Shown here: positions 27,501 through 37,647 of the stretch, piece by piece
Numbering within the stretch: position 1 is the stretch's first letter
How the letters are laid out: each line of letters begins with the position of its first letter
From: Limisphaerales bacterium
GTDB taxonomy: Bacteria > Verrucomicrobiota > Verrucomicrobiia > Limisphaerales > SIBE01
NCBI GenBank assembly: GCA_044225505.1
Contig: JBGAIN010000008.1
Location: 62,001 to 118,813 of the forward strand
DNA: 56,813 nucleotides
Direction of reading: 5' to 3'
Notes under the pieces: generated by a model
What the model was told of the DNA's origin: nothing
Database searches by the model: none
What the model saw: only the letters and a program-made list of their open reading frames with translations
Translations under genes and position numbers: made by a program

Positions 27501-28907
27501 CTACTCTACCGTTCGCATTTGCACGGCATCTACGATGTGGCCGTCTGCCGATGTATCACCGATGACGACCACCGTATCTCCCTTTTGCACGTGGCGTTCC
27601 TCTCGGAGACGCGCCAGACCAGTAGTCACGGTCCGATCGGGATCGATCGAGTCAAAAGGGATGACCATCGGTGTCACTGCCCAATGCAAAGTTAACGAAC
27701 GGGCGACCGTTTCGTTGGGACAGGCCGCAAAGATCGGCGATGTCCTGGGCCGCATCCAAGACGTGTATCGAGCCATATTCCCATGGCGAGTGAGCACGAG
27801 AATCGCCTGGGCTCGCAGATCATTGGCCATGGCCACCGCACTCTTCACAAGCTTTTGTCGCGCAGTCACCATGTCGGCTTCGACCTGGTAGTTGGCGCCT
27901 CCGCTCCGTTCGATGCGCCGCGCAATGCGATCGAACACTTCGATACAGCGCACGGGGTATTTGCCCACGGTGGTTTCGCCGCTCAACATGATCGCGTCGG
28001 CCTGTTCAAACACCGCATTCGCGACATCTGTGATCTCGGCGCGGGTCGGCATCGGATTTTGGATCATGCTTTCCAACATGTGGGTCGCGACAATCACAGG
28101 CCGTCCGGATTGCAGACAAGCTTTAACGACCTTGCGCTGGATAATTGGCAAATCCTCGTAAGGACATTCGATTCCAAGGTCGCCGCGCGCAACCATGATT
28201 CCATCGGATTGCTGGATAATCGCTGCCAGGTTCTTGACCGCTTGTTGACCTTCGATCTTGGCAATGATCTTCGGCGGTGTCGGTGAGCGCTTCAGGATGT
28301 CGCGCAATTGCTGAACGTCAGCGGCTTCGCGAACAAATGAGAGCGCGATGTATTCCACCCCGACTTCCAACGCCACTGCAACGTCGGCCAAGTCCTTTTC
28401 CGTCAGCGCAGGCAAACTCACGTGGACGCCCGGAAGATTGATGTGGCGCCGGCTGCCCAGGGTGCCAGGAGTGAGGACCTCACATTCGATGGCTCGGGGA
28501 GATTTGGCGACAACTTTCATTTCTATCTCGCCGTTGTCGATTAACACGATGTCTCCGATGCTCATGTCGTTGGCGAAGTTCTCGTAGTTCACCTCGACCG
28601 ACGGCGCCTTTCCCGTCGCTGTTCCTCCCACTGTAAAAGTGAAACGACCTCCGGGCGTCAAAGGAATGGGCGCTGGCACATCGCCGGTTCGCACCGCTGG
28701 CCCTTGCGTGTCGACCAAGATCCCCACAGGTTTGCCCAGGGCGCTGGCCTGCGCGCGAATCGTGCTCACCACGCGCCGAACCCAGTCCGCTTTCGCGTGG
28801 GACATGTTCAATCGCGCGATGTTCATGCCCGCCCGCAAGAGACGCTCGATCATCTCAGGCGAATCGGTCGCGGGGCCGAGCGTGGCAATGATTTTGGTTT
28901 TTCGCAT
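27501..28907 (-). CDS. pyk: Pyruvate kinase
   Basis: RKTKIIATLGPAT, ARLNMSH, IAKIE, MVARGDLGIE, DAIMLSGET. Confidence 0.97.
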   Translation of the reverse strand: MRKTKIIATLGPATDSPEMIERLLRAGMNIARLNMSHAKADWVRRVVSTIRAQASALGKPVGILVDTQGPAVRTGDVPAPIPLTPGGRFTFTVGGTATGKAPSVEVNYENFANDMSIGDIVLIDNGEIEMKVVAKSPRAIECEVLTPGTLGSRRHINLPGVHVSLPALTEKDLADVAVALEVGVEYIALSFVREAADVQQLRDILKRSPTPPKIIAKIEGQQAVKNLAAIIQQSDGIMVARGDLGIECPYEDLPIIQRKVVKACLQSGRPVIVATHMLESMIQNPMPTRAEITDVANAVFEQADAIMLSGETTVGKYPVRCIEVFDRIARRIERSGGANYQVEADMVTARQKLVKSAVAMANDLRAQAILVLTRHGNMARYTSWMRPRTSPIFAACPNETVARSLTLHWAVTPMVIPFDSIDPDRTVTTGLARLREERHVQKGDTVVVIGDTSADGHIVDAVQMRTVE

Positions 28908-29629
28908 TAGAGATTGAACTCCGGGCCCAAGTAGATTTCTCGCGCCTTTGGATCACTGACGAGAAACTCTGAGTTCCCTTCGCACAGGACTTCGCCTTTG
29001 TGAATCACGTAGGCACGGTCGACCAATTTAAGCGTCTCGCGCACGTTATGATCCGTAATCAAAATGCCCAGGCCACGCTCTCGCAGGCGTCGAACGATTT
29101 TCTGCACTTCATAGACCGCGATCGGATCAATCCCGCTGAAGGGCTCGTCCAACAAGAGCAACTTGGGGCTGGTGACCAGAGCCCGGGTAATTTCCAGGCG
29201 CCGCTTTTCGCCGCCGCTTAGAGTGTAAGCGCGATTGTTGGCCAAAGGAGCCAAGTCCAGTTCCTCCAACAAGTAATGGAGGCGAACCTGCCGTTCGCGC
29301 CCCGACATCACGCATGTTTCCAAGATCGCGAGAATGTTCTGTTCCACCGTCAGTTTGCGAAAGACGGACGGCTCTTGGGTCAAGTAACCGATGCCGCGGC
29401 GGGCTCGCATGTGCATGGGAAGGCGCGTGATATCACCTTCTTCAAAGGTCACTTTGCCAGAGTCTGGCTTCACCAATCCGACCACCATGTTGAACGTTGT
29501 CGTTTTCCCGGCGCCGTTGGGCCCGAGTAATCCGACAATCTCGCCCGGGCTGACCGTGATCGACACTCCGTTGACCACGCGACGGTCGCCGTACTGCTTG
29601 ACCAGTTGTTCCGTAACCAGCAAAGACAT
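28907..29629 (-). CDS. lptB: LPS export ABC transporter ATPase
   Basis: [59 protein letters not shown]. Confidence 0.95.
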   Translation of the reverse strand: MSLLVTEQLVKQYGDRRVVNGVSITVSPGEIVGLLGPNGAGKTTTFNMVVGLVKPDSGKVTFEEGDITRLPMHMRARRGIGYLTQEPSVFRKLTVEQNILAILETCVMSGRERQVRLHYLLEELDLAPLANNRAYTLSGGEKRRLEITRALVTSPKLLLLDEPFSGIDPIAVYEVQKIVRRLRERGLGILITDHNVRETLKLVDRAYVIHKGEVLCEGNSEFLVSDPKAREIYLGPEFNL

Positions 29630-29645
29630 AGTGCTCGAGGGCGCG

Positions 29646-31712
29646 TTATGGAGAGGGCATTTCCACGCTGGAAACGCGATTCGTCGCCGCAGGCGGCTTT
29701 TTCCATGTCGAATGGAATTTCCCCTGGCCGATGAACCGGCCTCCCGCTCGCTCCCAAACGAGGCGGTCCGCTTCCCGTATCTGGCCTTCTGGCATGGCTG
29801 CGGTGGGATTGCCAGTTAACTCGACCAAGCCGGTGGAGTCGGTGTAGATCGCTTGCTTCCCGCGAGCCATCCGCTCGTCCTGCACAAAAACGACGTCCTG
29901 GTCTGCGACGATCCGGCTCACTCGGTTCGAGATGGGCGCAAAGTTCGCTGTTACCGATTCCGCACGCACTTTAGTCAGGATCGGACGGGGACGGTCCAGT
30001 CGTTTCTCTTCCTGTTCCGCCTCGACGCCACGTTCTGCCGTGGCCATCTCAATGCGTCCTGCGGGCGTGAAGCTGGCCTGGAGGATCGCACACCGCACTT
30101 TGCGGCTCACCGCTTTCGGATCATCTGGAATGGCGAACTGCTCCAACCTTACATCATTCTCGGCGAGCATACTTTGCAGGCGTTGTTGATACCCGAGCGT
30201 CAACTCGCCGCAGCTGAGCTTTCCGCGCGCCACGTCCGCTTCCAGAAAGGTCGCACGCACATCTCCGGAGAATTTTAACTGATTGGTGGTGTATTCGAAT
30301 GATTGGGACCAGATTTCGATGAATTGATTGGTCCGGGCCACCGTTGCCGAAGTTTTCGACGACGGCCGGTTAATGGTGAATAGTCCCAGCTCGGTCACCG
30401 CCTGGAAAGGCAGTTTGACGTAAGCCTCCGGCGCCGCCTTAAACGATCTGGTGGCACGTTCGAATTTAAGGCTCCGGCCGTTGACCAATCGCCGCACCGA
30501 CTCCAGCACGGGTGACCCTGTCAACTCGAGTATGCCCGTCGCTTCTTCATAGACAGCGCGGTCCGCCAGAGCCCTGCCGTCCTGGTCTGGGTCTACAATG
30601 AGCACGTTCTTCTCGGCAATGACCTCCTGGACGGGGCCGTTTGTCGCTGGTAACTGGATCTGCATACGATCCGCAAAAACCTCCACAAACGCACTGCGGG
30701 CATTCGTGGCCGTCCGCGACTCGTCCGGAGCGGCGCTGCTCGCTAGGAACCCAGCAGTTCCCAAGGTGGACTTCGGCAATTTCAAATAAGCCTTGGTTTC
30801 AGCGTCCACCGTCCGTTTGCGGCGGTCGAATACGAGGCGTTCTCCACTCCCTTGCCGATCTCCTTCCTGCCACAAGGCGTGCCCGGTAAACTCAATCGTT
30901 TCTCGCTCCTGTCCGACCGTGTAAACGGCCTTTTCCGAGATCGCTCGCGTTGTCCCTTGCTGCAGCACGACTTCCTGTTCCGCTTCGATTCGTTCGACTC
31001 CTGCATTCCCAGTCCCAAAATTCACCCGCAGGATACCGCAACTCAGATCCCCCTCAGCGTCGTGAACCTGCACCGTGCCGCGAAAAATGGCCGCGTCCGC
31101 TTGATAATCAAATTCGTCAGAGGTGATTCGAATGAAGTCGTTGGTCGACGGAGTGGTGGATGCCGCGGGCGGCGCTCCAGTGCCGGTCAACACCTTGGCC
31201 GAGATGGACCGCTTTCGCACCAGTGAATGCACGGCGTTGGAAATTGCCAACTTCGAGTTCGAGCGCGAATCTCCGAGCTGCCAATGAAACCCTCGACCTT
31301 GAATCGAGAACCGCTCGTCGGCCGTTCGTATCGACAAGTCTCCAGGCGACGTCGCCGTGTTCGATTTGCTATCGAAAAGACATTGAGGTGCCTCCACGAC
31401 CAAGTCTTTCTCCTGGCCGCGATACGTTTCCGCTTGCATGCCAGTAATCTCAACCAGACCCTTGCCTGCCGGTTTGACATCCTTGCCACGTAACACGGAC
31501 TTCCGCCCTTGCGCGTCTGTCACGGGAGCGACGAAGTTCTTGCCCCGCCCGCCTAGGGAGACTTGCCCAAATGTCGGCACCACCCAGAGGGCAACGCACA
31601 CGAACCCGATCACCGGCCACGACGGCTGACGCTTCCTGCCGACGCCCGGCGGATTTCGAACAAGTTGCCAGGGATTGCCCGTTGTTGTCGCTTCCATGTT
31701 CTTTCGCTTCAC
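29646..31712 (-). CDS. Multidomain LptA/OstA-family LPS transport protein (LptC-like N-terminus plus several LptA-like repeats)
   Basis: Lies between kdsA and lptB; hydrophobic N-terminal segment; repeated beta-jellyroll-like signatures (IEAEQEVV...KAVY...[14 protein letters not shown]...DRAVY...[15 protein letters not shown]...KQAIY...VELTGNP). Confidence 0.75.
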   Translation of the reverse strand: MKRKNMEATTTGNPWQLVRNPPGVGRKRQPSWPVIGFVCVALWVVPTFGQVSLGGRGKNFVAPVTDAQGRKSVLRGKDVKPAGKGLVEITGMQAETYRGQEKDLVVEAPQCLFDSKSNTATSPGDLSIRTADERFSIQGRGFHWQLGDSRSNSKLAISNAVHSLVRKRSISAKVLTGTGAPPAASTTPSTNDFIRITSDEFDYQADAAIFRGTVQVHDAEGDLSCGILRVNFGTGNAGVERIEAEQEVVLQQGTTRAISEKAVYTVGQERETIEFTGHALWQEGDRQGSGERLVFDRRKRTVDAETKAYLKLPKSTLGTAGFLASSAAPDESRTATNARSAFVEVFADRMQIQLPATNGPVQEVIAEKNVLIVDPDQDGRALADRAVYEEATGILELTGSPVLESVRRLVNGRSLKFERATRSFKAAPEAYVKLPFQAVTELGLFTINRPSSKTSATVARTNQFIEIWSQSFEYTTNQLKFSGDVRATFLEADVARGKLSCGELTLGYQQRLQSMLAENDVRLEQFAIPDDPKAVSRKVRCAILQASFTPAGRIEMATAERGVEAEQEEKRLDRPRPILTKVRAESVTANFAPISNRVSRIVADQDVVFVQDERMARGKQAIYTDSTGLVELTGNPTAAMPEGQIREADRLVWERAGGRFIGQGKFHSTWKKPPAATNRVSSVEMPSP

Positions 31713-31806
31713 GAATAGAAGAGTAAACTTGCTGGTTTAGCCACTGAATTTTCCGTGCTAGGCGGACTTGTCCGCTGGGCGCCGTCCGCCAGCAACGGTT
31801 TCCCAA

Positions 31807-32625
31807 TCACGTGAGCGCTTCGCGAATCCGGACCAGGCTGGCCAACACCTTCGGCAGTTGCTTCAACGGAATCATATTCGGCCCGTCGCTCGCAGCGCGC
31901 TCCGGCTCCGGGTGCGTCTCGATGAACAAACCATCCGCACCCACCGCAACCGCAGCCCGGGCCAGCACTGGGGCAAACTCCCCTTGGCCCCCAGACTTAT
32001 CGCCGGCTGCCCCTGGCAATTGCACGGAATGCGTCGCGTCAAACACGATCGGAAAACCAGACTCTTTCATAATCGGAATGGATCGCATATCTGCGACTAA
32101 GTTGTTGTAACCGAACGATGTGCCGCGTTCGGTAATCAGGAGCTTTTTGCCACCGCCACCCAGGGCCTTCTGGACTACATGGCGCATCTCGCGCGGAGAC
32201 AGAAACTGCCCTTTCTTTAAATTGACGATTTTTCCCGAGGCGGCGGCGGCCAGGATCAAATCCGTCTGACGGCACAGCAACGCGGGGATCTGCAGCACGT
32301 CGACGACTTGGGCAACCGGCGCAACCTGAGCTTCGGAGTGGACATCGGTTAACACGGGCACACCTATCTCCGCCCGGACTTTGGCCAGGATCGATAGTCC
32401 CTCGTCCATGCCTGGACCTCGCTGAGATCCCAGCGCGGAGCGGTTCGCCTTATCGTAGCTCGCTTTGAAGATATAAGGGACCCCTAGCTTGGCACAGGCT
32501 TTTTTCAGGAAGTCCGCAACCTGCAGGCAAAGCGCCTCGTCTTCGATCACGCAAGGACCTGCAATCAAAAACAATGCCTTTTTGCTGGCTAAGGCGCGCC
32601 ATAGGAAATCCGTTTGGATGGGCAC
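31807..32625 (-). CDS. kdsA: KDO-8-phosphate synthase
   Basis: [58 protein letters not shown]. Confidence 0.97.
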   Translation of the reverse strand: MPIQTDFLWRALASKKALFLIAGPCVIEDEALCLQVADFLKKACAKLGVPYIFKASYDKANRSALGSQRGPGMDEGLSILAKVRAEIGVPVLTDVHSEAQVAPVAQVVDVLQIPALLCRQTDLILAAAASGKIVNLKKGQFLSPREMRHVVQKALGGGGKKLLITERGTSFGYNNLVADMRSIPIMKESGFPIVFDATHSVQLPGAAGDKSGGQGEFAPVLARAAVAVGADGLFIETHPEPERAASDGPNMIPLKQLPKVLASLVRIREALT

Positions 32626-32639
32626 CGCTGGTTTTTACC

Positions 32640-33047
32640 ATGACGACGGGGTTGTGTAAAACATCGAAGAACAGCCCGGTCGGATTTGACAGGAGCCAGA
32701 CCGCGCCGACCTGCGAATGTGGTGTCTCCGAAATAGCTCTACCATCGCGGCCAGGAGTTTTTGGCGCGGGCTTCCTCGCGCTGTGCGTCTCCCGGGCCGA
32801 CGAGTTGTCGAGTAAGGATTTAGGCGCAGCGAAGAAGCTCTATACGTCCAAGTGCGCCCGCTGTCACACGTTCTACGAACCCGCTGGCCACGACGATCGG
32901 GAATGGACCGTTGGGATGGGCAAAATGCGCAAGAAAGCCCGGTTGATTTCCGATCAGTTCGACGTGCTCCTTCGTTATACGGAACAACTTCGGCACGAGG
33001 GGAGAGCTGGTGGCCAAGGAGGAAACCGACAGCGCGCGGGAGGGTGA
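32640..33047 (+). CDS. Small monoheme c-type cytochrome (start uncertain)
   Basis: Hydrophobic segment followed by KLYTSKCARCH heme motif and a distal W..MGKM segment. Confidence 0.6.
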   Translation: MTTGLCKTSKNSPVGFDRSQTAPTCECGVSEIALPSRPGVFGAGFLALCVSRADELSSKDLGAAKKLYTSKCARCHTFYEPAGHDDREWTVGMGKMRKKARLISDQFDVLLRYTEQLRHEGRAGGQGGNRQRAGG

Positions 33048-33095
33048 GTTAAATCCCCCCCGCGACTTTAGCGACGTGGGTGGGGCGTCCGGGAA

Positions 33096-33572
33096 TCAAC
33101 TCCCTGTCTTCTTCTTGCAGGCGCCGAGCTTCTTCAACTCCTCGCAGGTGCCCGTAATCTGCAGGCGTTGAGTCTTGATGGAGAATCCGAGTTCATGGCT
33201 GATCTCGCTCTCCAGCCGGGCAATCTTCTCGCTCTCGAATTCAACGATCTTGTCGCAGTCCTGGCAGATGATGTGATTGTGATTCGGGTGATCGGCATAA
33301 TTCGGGTCGTAAAACTTATAGTCCTTGCCGAAATCCATTTCCCGAACGAGACCACTTTCCGTCAGGAGCGGTAAAGTCCGATAAACAGTGGCCCGGGAAA
33401 CCGACTTGTCCCGGATGCGCGACCAATCGAGGAGTTGTTCCGCAGTAAAGTGCTCGTCGGTGCCGAAGACGGTATCGATGATCGCTTGCCGCTGCGACGT
33501 CATGCGCAAATTCTTGGTGGCAAGAAAATCGATAAACTTCTGCTTGGCTACCAGTTTCTCCGGGGCCGACAT
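33096..33572 (-). CDS. fur: Fur-family metal-responsive transcriptional regulator
   Basis: LRMTSQRQAI, HFTAEQL, SRATVYRTLPLL, HNHIICQDC, C-terminal C...C. Confidence 0.9.
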   Translation of the reverse strand: MSAPEKLVAKQKFIDFLATKNLRMTSQRQAIIDTVFGTDEHFTAEQLLDWSRIRDKSVSRATVYRTLPLLTESGLVREMDFGKDYKFYDPNYADHPNHNHIICQDCDKIVEFESEKIARLESEISHELGFSIKTQRLQITGTCEELKKLGACKKKTGS

Positions 33573-33757
33573 AAGCCCAGTATATTTCAGGCGGGGGTCA
33601 AGTCAACGCAGGGGTTCCCGGAGTTATGCGATCCGGGGCTCGACGGATGGGTGAGAAAGGGACTGATTTCGAGTTTGACACTCACCGTCCGGGACGTTAA
33701 AGCCGGTACAGCAGCATTCGCCGTGTTAATGGATGTTGTACACCAAAAGGAGGTTGT

Positions 33758-34948
33758 ATGTCCCGCAGTTTATTCTTTATTGCGGCTTTTATTTATGGGC
33801 TTCTGACTGAGAGTACGGTTGGAGGCGTTATTGTTGCGGACGAGTTTTCCTATCCAGACGGCCCCCTGGTCGTTGTGTCCGACGGTATATGGAAAACTCA
33901 TAGCGGCACGGCTGGGCAAGCCGAGGTTTTCTCCGGTCAGCTGCGGCTTTCGCAGAAATTGTCGGAGGACGTCAGTGTTGGCTTAGGCGCCGGATTCAGT
34001 CCCACCAATGCGCCGCCGTTGTTCGCCGGTATGACTGTCAGTTTCAGCGCGTTTCCGACGGGCGTGTCCGGGACGTACTTTGCTCATTTCAAGGACGCGA
34101 GTTTGACCACGGGGATTCGTTGCCGGTTTTTTGCGACGACGAACGGTGCGGCTCCAGGTCAGTTCCGACTGGGCATCTCCGCGGGAAGCAACGCGCCGAC
34201 GGCGCTATGGCCGCACGATCTTGAACTGCAGGTGCCGTATCGGCTGGTCTGCCAGTGGGTGCTGAGCAACGCGAGCGCCACCTTATGGATTAACCCACTG
34301 GGAGAAACGGATCCGAGTATTACGGCCCCGGACCACGCAGCGCCCAAGAGCGTGACCGCGTTCGCTTTTCGGCAGTCGCTCAGCAGCGGGACGGGCATTG
34401 GAGAATTGGCTGTCGATCACCTCGTGATCTCGACGAAGTTCGAAGAAGCTCTGTTGGGCGGGGCCCCAAGCGTGGAGCGGGCACCCGTAGCACAGACTCT
34501 TCGTTCAGGCGACCCCCTGAGGATGGAAGTCGTGGCGACCGGGAGCGAACCACTCGCATTTCAGTGGCTTTGCAACGGCGAAAGCGTGCCTGGGGCCATC
34601 ACTTCCACGCTAATGTTCCCCCGCGTCACTGAGGCCAACGCCGGAGAGTATTCGGTCATCATCAGCAATGCCTTTGGTTCGGTCACGACAACGCCCGTAA
34701 CGGTCGACATCGTGCCGCCGCCCTGGTCCGTGGCGATTGCGGCTGGGCCAAATGCCACGGTCCGCCTCACGTGGCGCGCCGTGGTTGGGCAAAGCTACTC
34801 GGTTTGGACAAAATCCGTCGACACGCACGAGCTGGCGTTGGTCGCGGAGGGTTTGTTCTTTACCGACGAGTTGGGCTTTTACGACGAGGCGAGCATCGTG
34901 ATGCCTGCCCGGTTTTATCAAGTTTGTTCTGACTGGGAGGTCCCATGA
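33758..34948 (+). CDS. Secreted protein with immunoglobulin (I-set-like) domain
   Basis: AGGAGG RBS; signal peptide; [15 protein letters not shown]...[17 protein letters not shown]g motif; C-terminal ...ARFYQV domain typical of verrucomicrobial exported proteins. Confidence 0.75.
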   Translation: MSRSLFFIAAFIYGLLTESTVGGVIVADEFSYPDGPLVVVSDGIWKTHSGTAGQAEVFSGQLRLSQKLSEDVSVGLGAGFSPTNAPPLFAGMTVSFSAFPTGVSGTYFAHFKDASLTTGIRCRFFATTNGAAPGQFRLGISAGSNAPTALWPHDLELQVPYRLVCQWVLSNASATLWINPLGETDPSITAPDHAAPKSVTAFAFRQSLSSGTGIGELAVDHLVISTKFEEALLGGAPSVERAPVAQTLRSGDPLRMEVVATGSEPLAFQWLCNGESVPGAITSTLMFPRVTEANAGEYSVIISNAFGSVTTTPVTVDIVPPPWSVAIAAGPNATVRLTWRAVVGQSYSVWTKSVDTHELALVAEGLFFTDELGFYDEASIVMPARFYQVCSDWEVP

Positions 34949-35649
34949 GCGGCCATCCTGTGCGGAGCACCCGAGCGACGCAAAGAGGCTCTGGTGTAAA
35001 TGGTCGCCAGGGATTCACGCTCCTCGAGTTACTGGTCGTCGTCGCAGTGATCGCAATCCTGGCGTCGTTGCTCTTGCCCGCGCTGAATCGCGTGAAGGCG
35101 GCCGCGCGGGGCACAGTCTGTCGAAACAATCTGAAGCAATGGGGATTGGCGACGCAGATCTATGTCTCGGACAACGACGATTATCTTCCTGGTGAAGGAT
35201 CGCCGAACGGACTTTCGACTGAGTGTGCGTGGTACATTGACTTACCCAGGACGATAGGGCTGAAACCATACTGCGAGATGCCTTGGCGGACAAACGCGAC
35301 CGCGCGGATTGAAAGCTCCTTGTGGATTTGTCCGGCCAACACGAACCGGAGCAACGGGCACAATTTGTTCCACTACTGCATGAACGAGCACGTAGATGCT
35401 ACGGGTGAACAGGATCGGCCGATCCGATTGTCGACCATCGATCGGCCCGCTCAGGTGGTCTGGCTATTTGATAACGGGAAGAGAGCGGCCGTTGCTCAGC
35501 AGAACAACGTCCATACGAACCTGCATCAACGCGGCGCCCAGTTTCTCTTTCTGGACGGCCATGTCGTGCGGTTTCGTAATACGGCTTATTGGGATTTCGA
35601 GGCGAACAAAGGCCGGACGAACAATCCGGAGATCGTTTGGATTCCGTGA
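34945..35649 (+). CDS. Prepilin-type N-terminal cleavage/methylation protein with H-X9-DG motif
   Basis: [56 protein letters not shown] overlap with the upstream gene. Confidence 0.92.
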   Translation: MSGHPVRSTRATQRGSGVNGRQGFTLLELLVVVAVIAILASLLLPALNRVKAAARGTVCRNNLKQWGLATQIYVSDNDDYLPGEGSPNGLSTECAWYIDLPRTIGLKPYCEMPWRTNATARIESSLWICPANTNRSNGHNLFHYCMNEHVDATGEQDRPIRLSTIDRPAQVVWLFDNGKRAAVAQQNNVHTNLHQRGAQFLFLDGHVVRFRNTAYWDFEANKGRTNNPEIVWIP

Positions 35650-35669
35650 ATAGACGTTTTCAAAGGGCG

Positions 35670-35698
35670 TTTTCTTACTCGTGATCTTGCTCTTACTC
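35670..35698 (+). repeat. Left arm of a 29-bp inverted repeat flanking the four-helix-bundle gene
   Basis: TTTTCTTACTCGTGATCTTGCTCTTACTC; matches the reverse complement of 36121-36149 at 24/29 positions; hexamer periodicity. Confidence 0.85.
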
Positions 35699-35706
35699 AA
35701 GTAGCC

Positions 35707-36120
35707 ATGAATCAACCCAAGCTCTATTTTGACCACGAAAAGCTAATCGCATATCAACGCAGTATTGAGTTTGTTGCCTGGGCTAGTCAGTGGATGGAAG
35801 AGATGCCCGCCAAGCTCGCTGTTTTCGATCAACTTGACCGTGCGTCAACGTCGGTCCCTCTCAACATCGCGGAGGGGAACGCCAAGTTCACCGCTCCGGA
35901 TCGGTGTCGCTACTGGGATACTGCCCGGGGTTCGGCCCTGGAATGCGCTGCATGTTTGGATGTGGTTGTCGCCAAGAGAAAGTCAACCCTCGACCGAACC
36001 GCGGAGGGAAAGCGGCTTTTGCTTGAGACGGTCTCACTCCTGATCGGCTTGTGCAAAAGTGTTTCGCCGGACCGGTTGGGGGACAGGATTTCCGGAAATT
36101 GGGGGTGTAATAGCGATTAA
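35707..36120 (+). CDS. Four helix bundle protein (23S rRNA IVP / bAvd-like family)
   Basis: FDHEKLIAYQRS, DQLDRASTSVPLNIAEGN, ARGSALECAACLD. Confidence 0.92.
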   Translation: MNQPKLYFDHEKLIAYQRSIEFVAWASQWMEEMPAKLAVFDQLDRASTSVPLNIAEGNAKFTAPDRCRYWDTARGSALECAACLDVVVAKRKSTLDRTAEGKRLLLETVSLLIGLCKSVSPDRLGDRISGNWGCNSD

Positions 36121-36149
36121 GAGCAAGAGCAGGATCGTGATTAAGAAAA
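36121..36149 (-). repeat. Right arm of the 29-bp inverted repeat flanking the four-helix-bundle gene
   Basis: GAGCAAGAGCAGGATCGTGATTAAGAAAA starts at the first base after the stop codon. Confidence 0.85.
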
Positions 36150-36249
36150 GGAGGTCCAGTTCGGAGACTGAAAGACGTTCGTGGCGCGGTATTCGCCTTC
36201 TCGTCAACCGTTGTGAGACGGGTAGTAGTCTTCGACGGCAATCGGCACC

Positions 36250-36963
36250 TTAATCCGCACCCAGGGCAGCGTGTAACTTTAGCCGGACGGCTTCGCGTTC
36301 GTGGTCGGTCGCGTCGCGGGCCACCCGAAGGGGTTGAGCGAACACGATCTCGCACCTTGAACCAGGGATAGGAATTTGAAAGCGATCCCAGCTATTGAGT
36401 TGGAATTTCCAGCGGACTTTGACCGTTACGGGGACGATAGGATGCCCTGTCAGTTGGGCCAAGGCGATGATTCCTTCGTGAACGACGTGGCGCGGTCCGC
36501 GAGGACCGTCCGGGGTAATGGCCAAGTCCCAACCTTGCTCGGCCCAACTGGTGAGCTCCAATAACGCTTGCGGGCCGCGTCGACTGGAGGAACCACGGAC
36601 GGGTTGCACATGGAATGTTTCCAGAATCCGGGCGAGCAGCGCGCCATCCTTGCTGGCACTGACCAGCGCGGCCAGGCGGCGTTCGGGTTGCCGTCGATGC
36701 GGGTAGAGGCGAAAGATCGCCATGGAAAGGGCGAGACGGTTGTGCCAAACACCATAGATTACCGGTTGCATGGGCCGGGAATCGAAGAGCCCGGAATCAT
36801 CTTGCCAATGCCATCGCAAGGAAGTCGTGAGGAATCGCTCAAAGCAAAACACAATTCGCGCGGCCACGCGCTGGGAGGTTCGCGCTTGATGAGGCACGAC
36901 CACTCCGCTGCGGCGAGAAGGTCGCGGCGTCACCGGGTGGTTTTCCTGAGTGTTGCCGCTCAC
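36250..36963 (-). CDS. DUF374 / lysophospholipid acyltransferase-like protein
   Basis: WHNRL, LVSASKDG, VRGSSSRRG, ITPDGPRGP, SWDRFQIPIP. Confidence 0.88.
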   Translation of the reverse strand: MSGNTQENHPVTPRPSRRSGVVVPHQARTSQRVAARIVFCFERFLTTSLRWHWQDDSGLFDSRPMQPVIYGVWHNRLALSMAIFRLYPHRRQPERRLAALVSASKDGALLARILETFHVQPVRGSSSRRGPQALLELTSWAEQGWDLAITPDGPRGPRHVVHEGIIALAQLTGHPIVPVTVKVRWKFQLNSWDRFQIPIPGSRCEIVFAQPLRVARDATDHEREAVRLKLHAALGAD

Positions 36964-37565
36964 GCGCGTTTCTTCAAACTCGCACGGACCAGGTCTTCAA
37001 GCGTGACGGTCGGGCCAAGCACGGCTGCGGCGGCCCGGACGGAGTCATGGGCTTCCACTTGCGGATAGTCGAGCGCGATCAGTGCCAGGACTGCGTCGTT
37101 GATCTTTTGGTCTTCGGCCGAAAGACCATGCTTGGCGCTGCTGGCTTGCCAAGCGCCCGCGGCGCCAAACTTATCGCGCAACTCCACGACAATCCGTTCG
37201 GCGGTCTTTTTGCCGATGCCAGAGATCTGAGAGAGCGCACGTACATCGCCGTTCGCCACCGCGCCACGGAATGCGGTCGGGTTCATCCCGCTCAGAACGT
37301 TCAGTGCGGTCTTCGGGCCGATTCCGCTAACCGCGTGGATGAGTAACCGGAACAGTTCCCGCTCTTCCGCGCTCATGAATCCATACAGGACGTGAGCATC
37401 TTCACGCACGACCAAGTGGGTGAGGATTCTCACCTCGGCTCCAGGCTTGGGCAGCTTGTCAAAAGAGGAGAGGGGGATGAGTACTTCATAACCCATCCCC
37501 TGGACGTCCATCGTCACTTGGGTTGGCAATGCGTCTACCAACTTGCCCTGCAGATACGCAATCAT
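36960..37565 (-). CDS. ruvA: Holliday junction branch migration protein RuvA
   Basis: MIAYLQGKL, VREDAHVLYGF, VSGIGPKTAL, GIGKKTAERIVVELRDK. Confidence 0.96.
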   Translation of the reverse strand: MIAYLQGKLVDALPTQVTMDVQGMGYEVLIPLSSFDKLPKPGAEVRILTHLVVREDAHVLYGFMSAEERELFRLLIHAVSGIGPKTALNVLSGMNPTAFRGAVANGDVRALSQISGIGKKTAERIVVELRDKFGAAGAWQASSAKHGLSAEDQKINDAVLALIALDYPQVEAHDSVRAAAAVLGPTVTLEDLVRASLKKRA

Positions 37566-37647
37566 GTTCGTTGAGCTTCTTAAATCCGAGGTCTGAACGC
37601 AAGTCGAGCGCACGGACTTGTGCTTTCACCTCGGCCCAGGATAGCTT

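Noticed and set aside
33758..36149. Diversity-generating retroelement suggested by the Avd-like four-helix-bundle gene next to a pilin-like gene
   Set aside because: No reverse transcriptase and no TR/VR pair differing at adenines was seen in the window.
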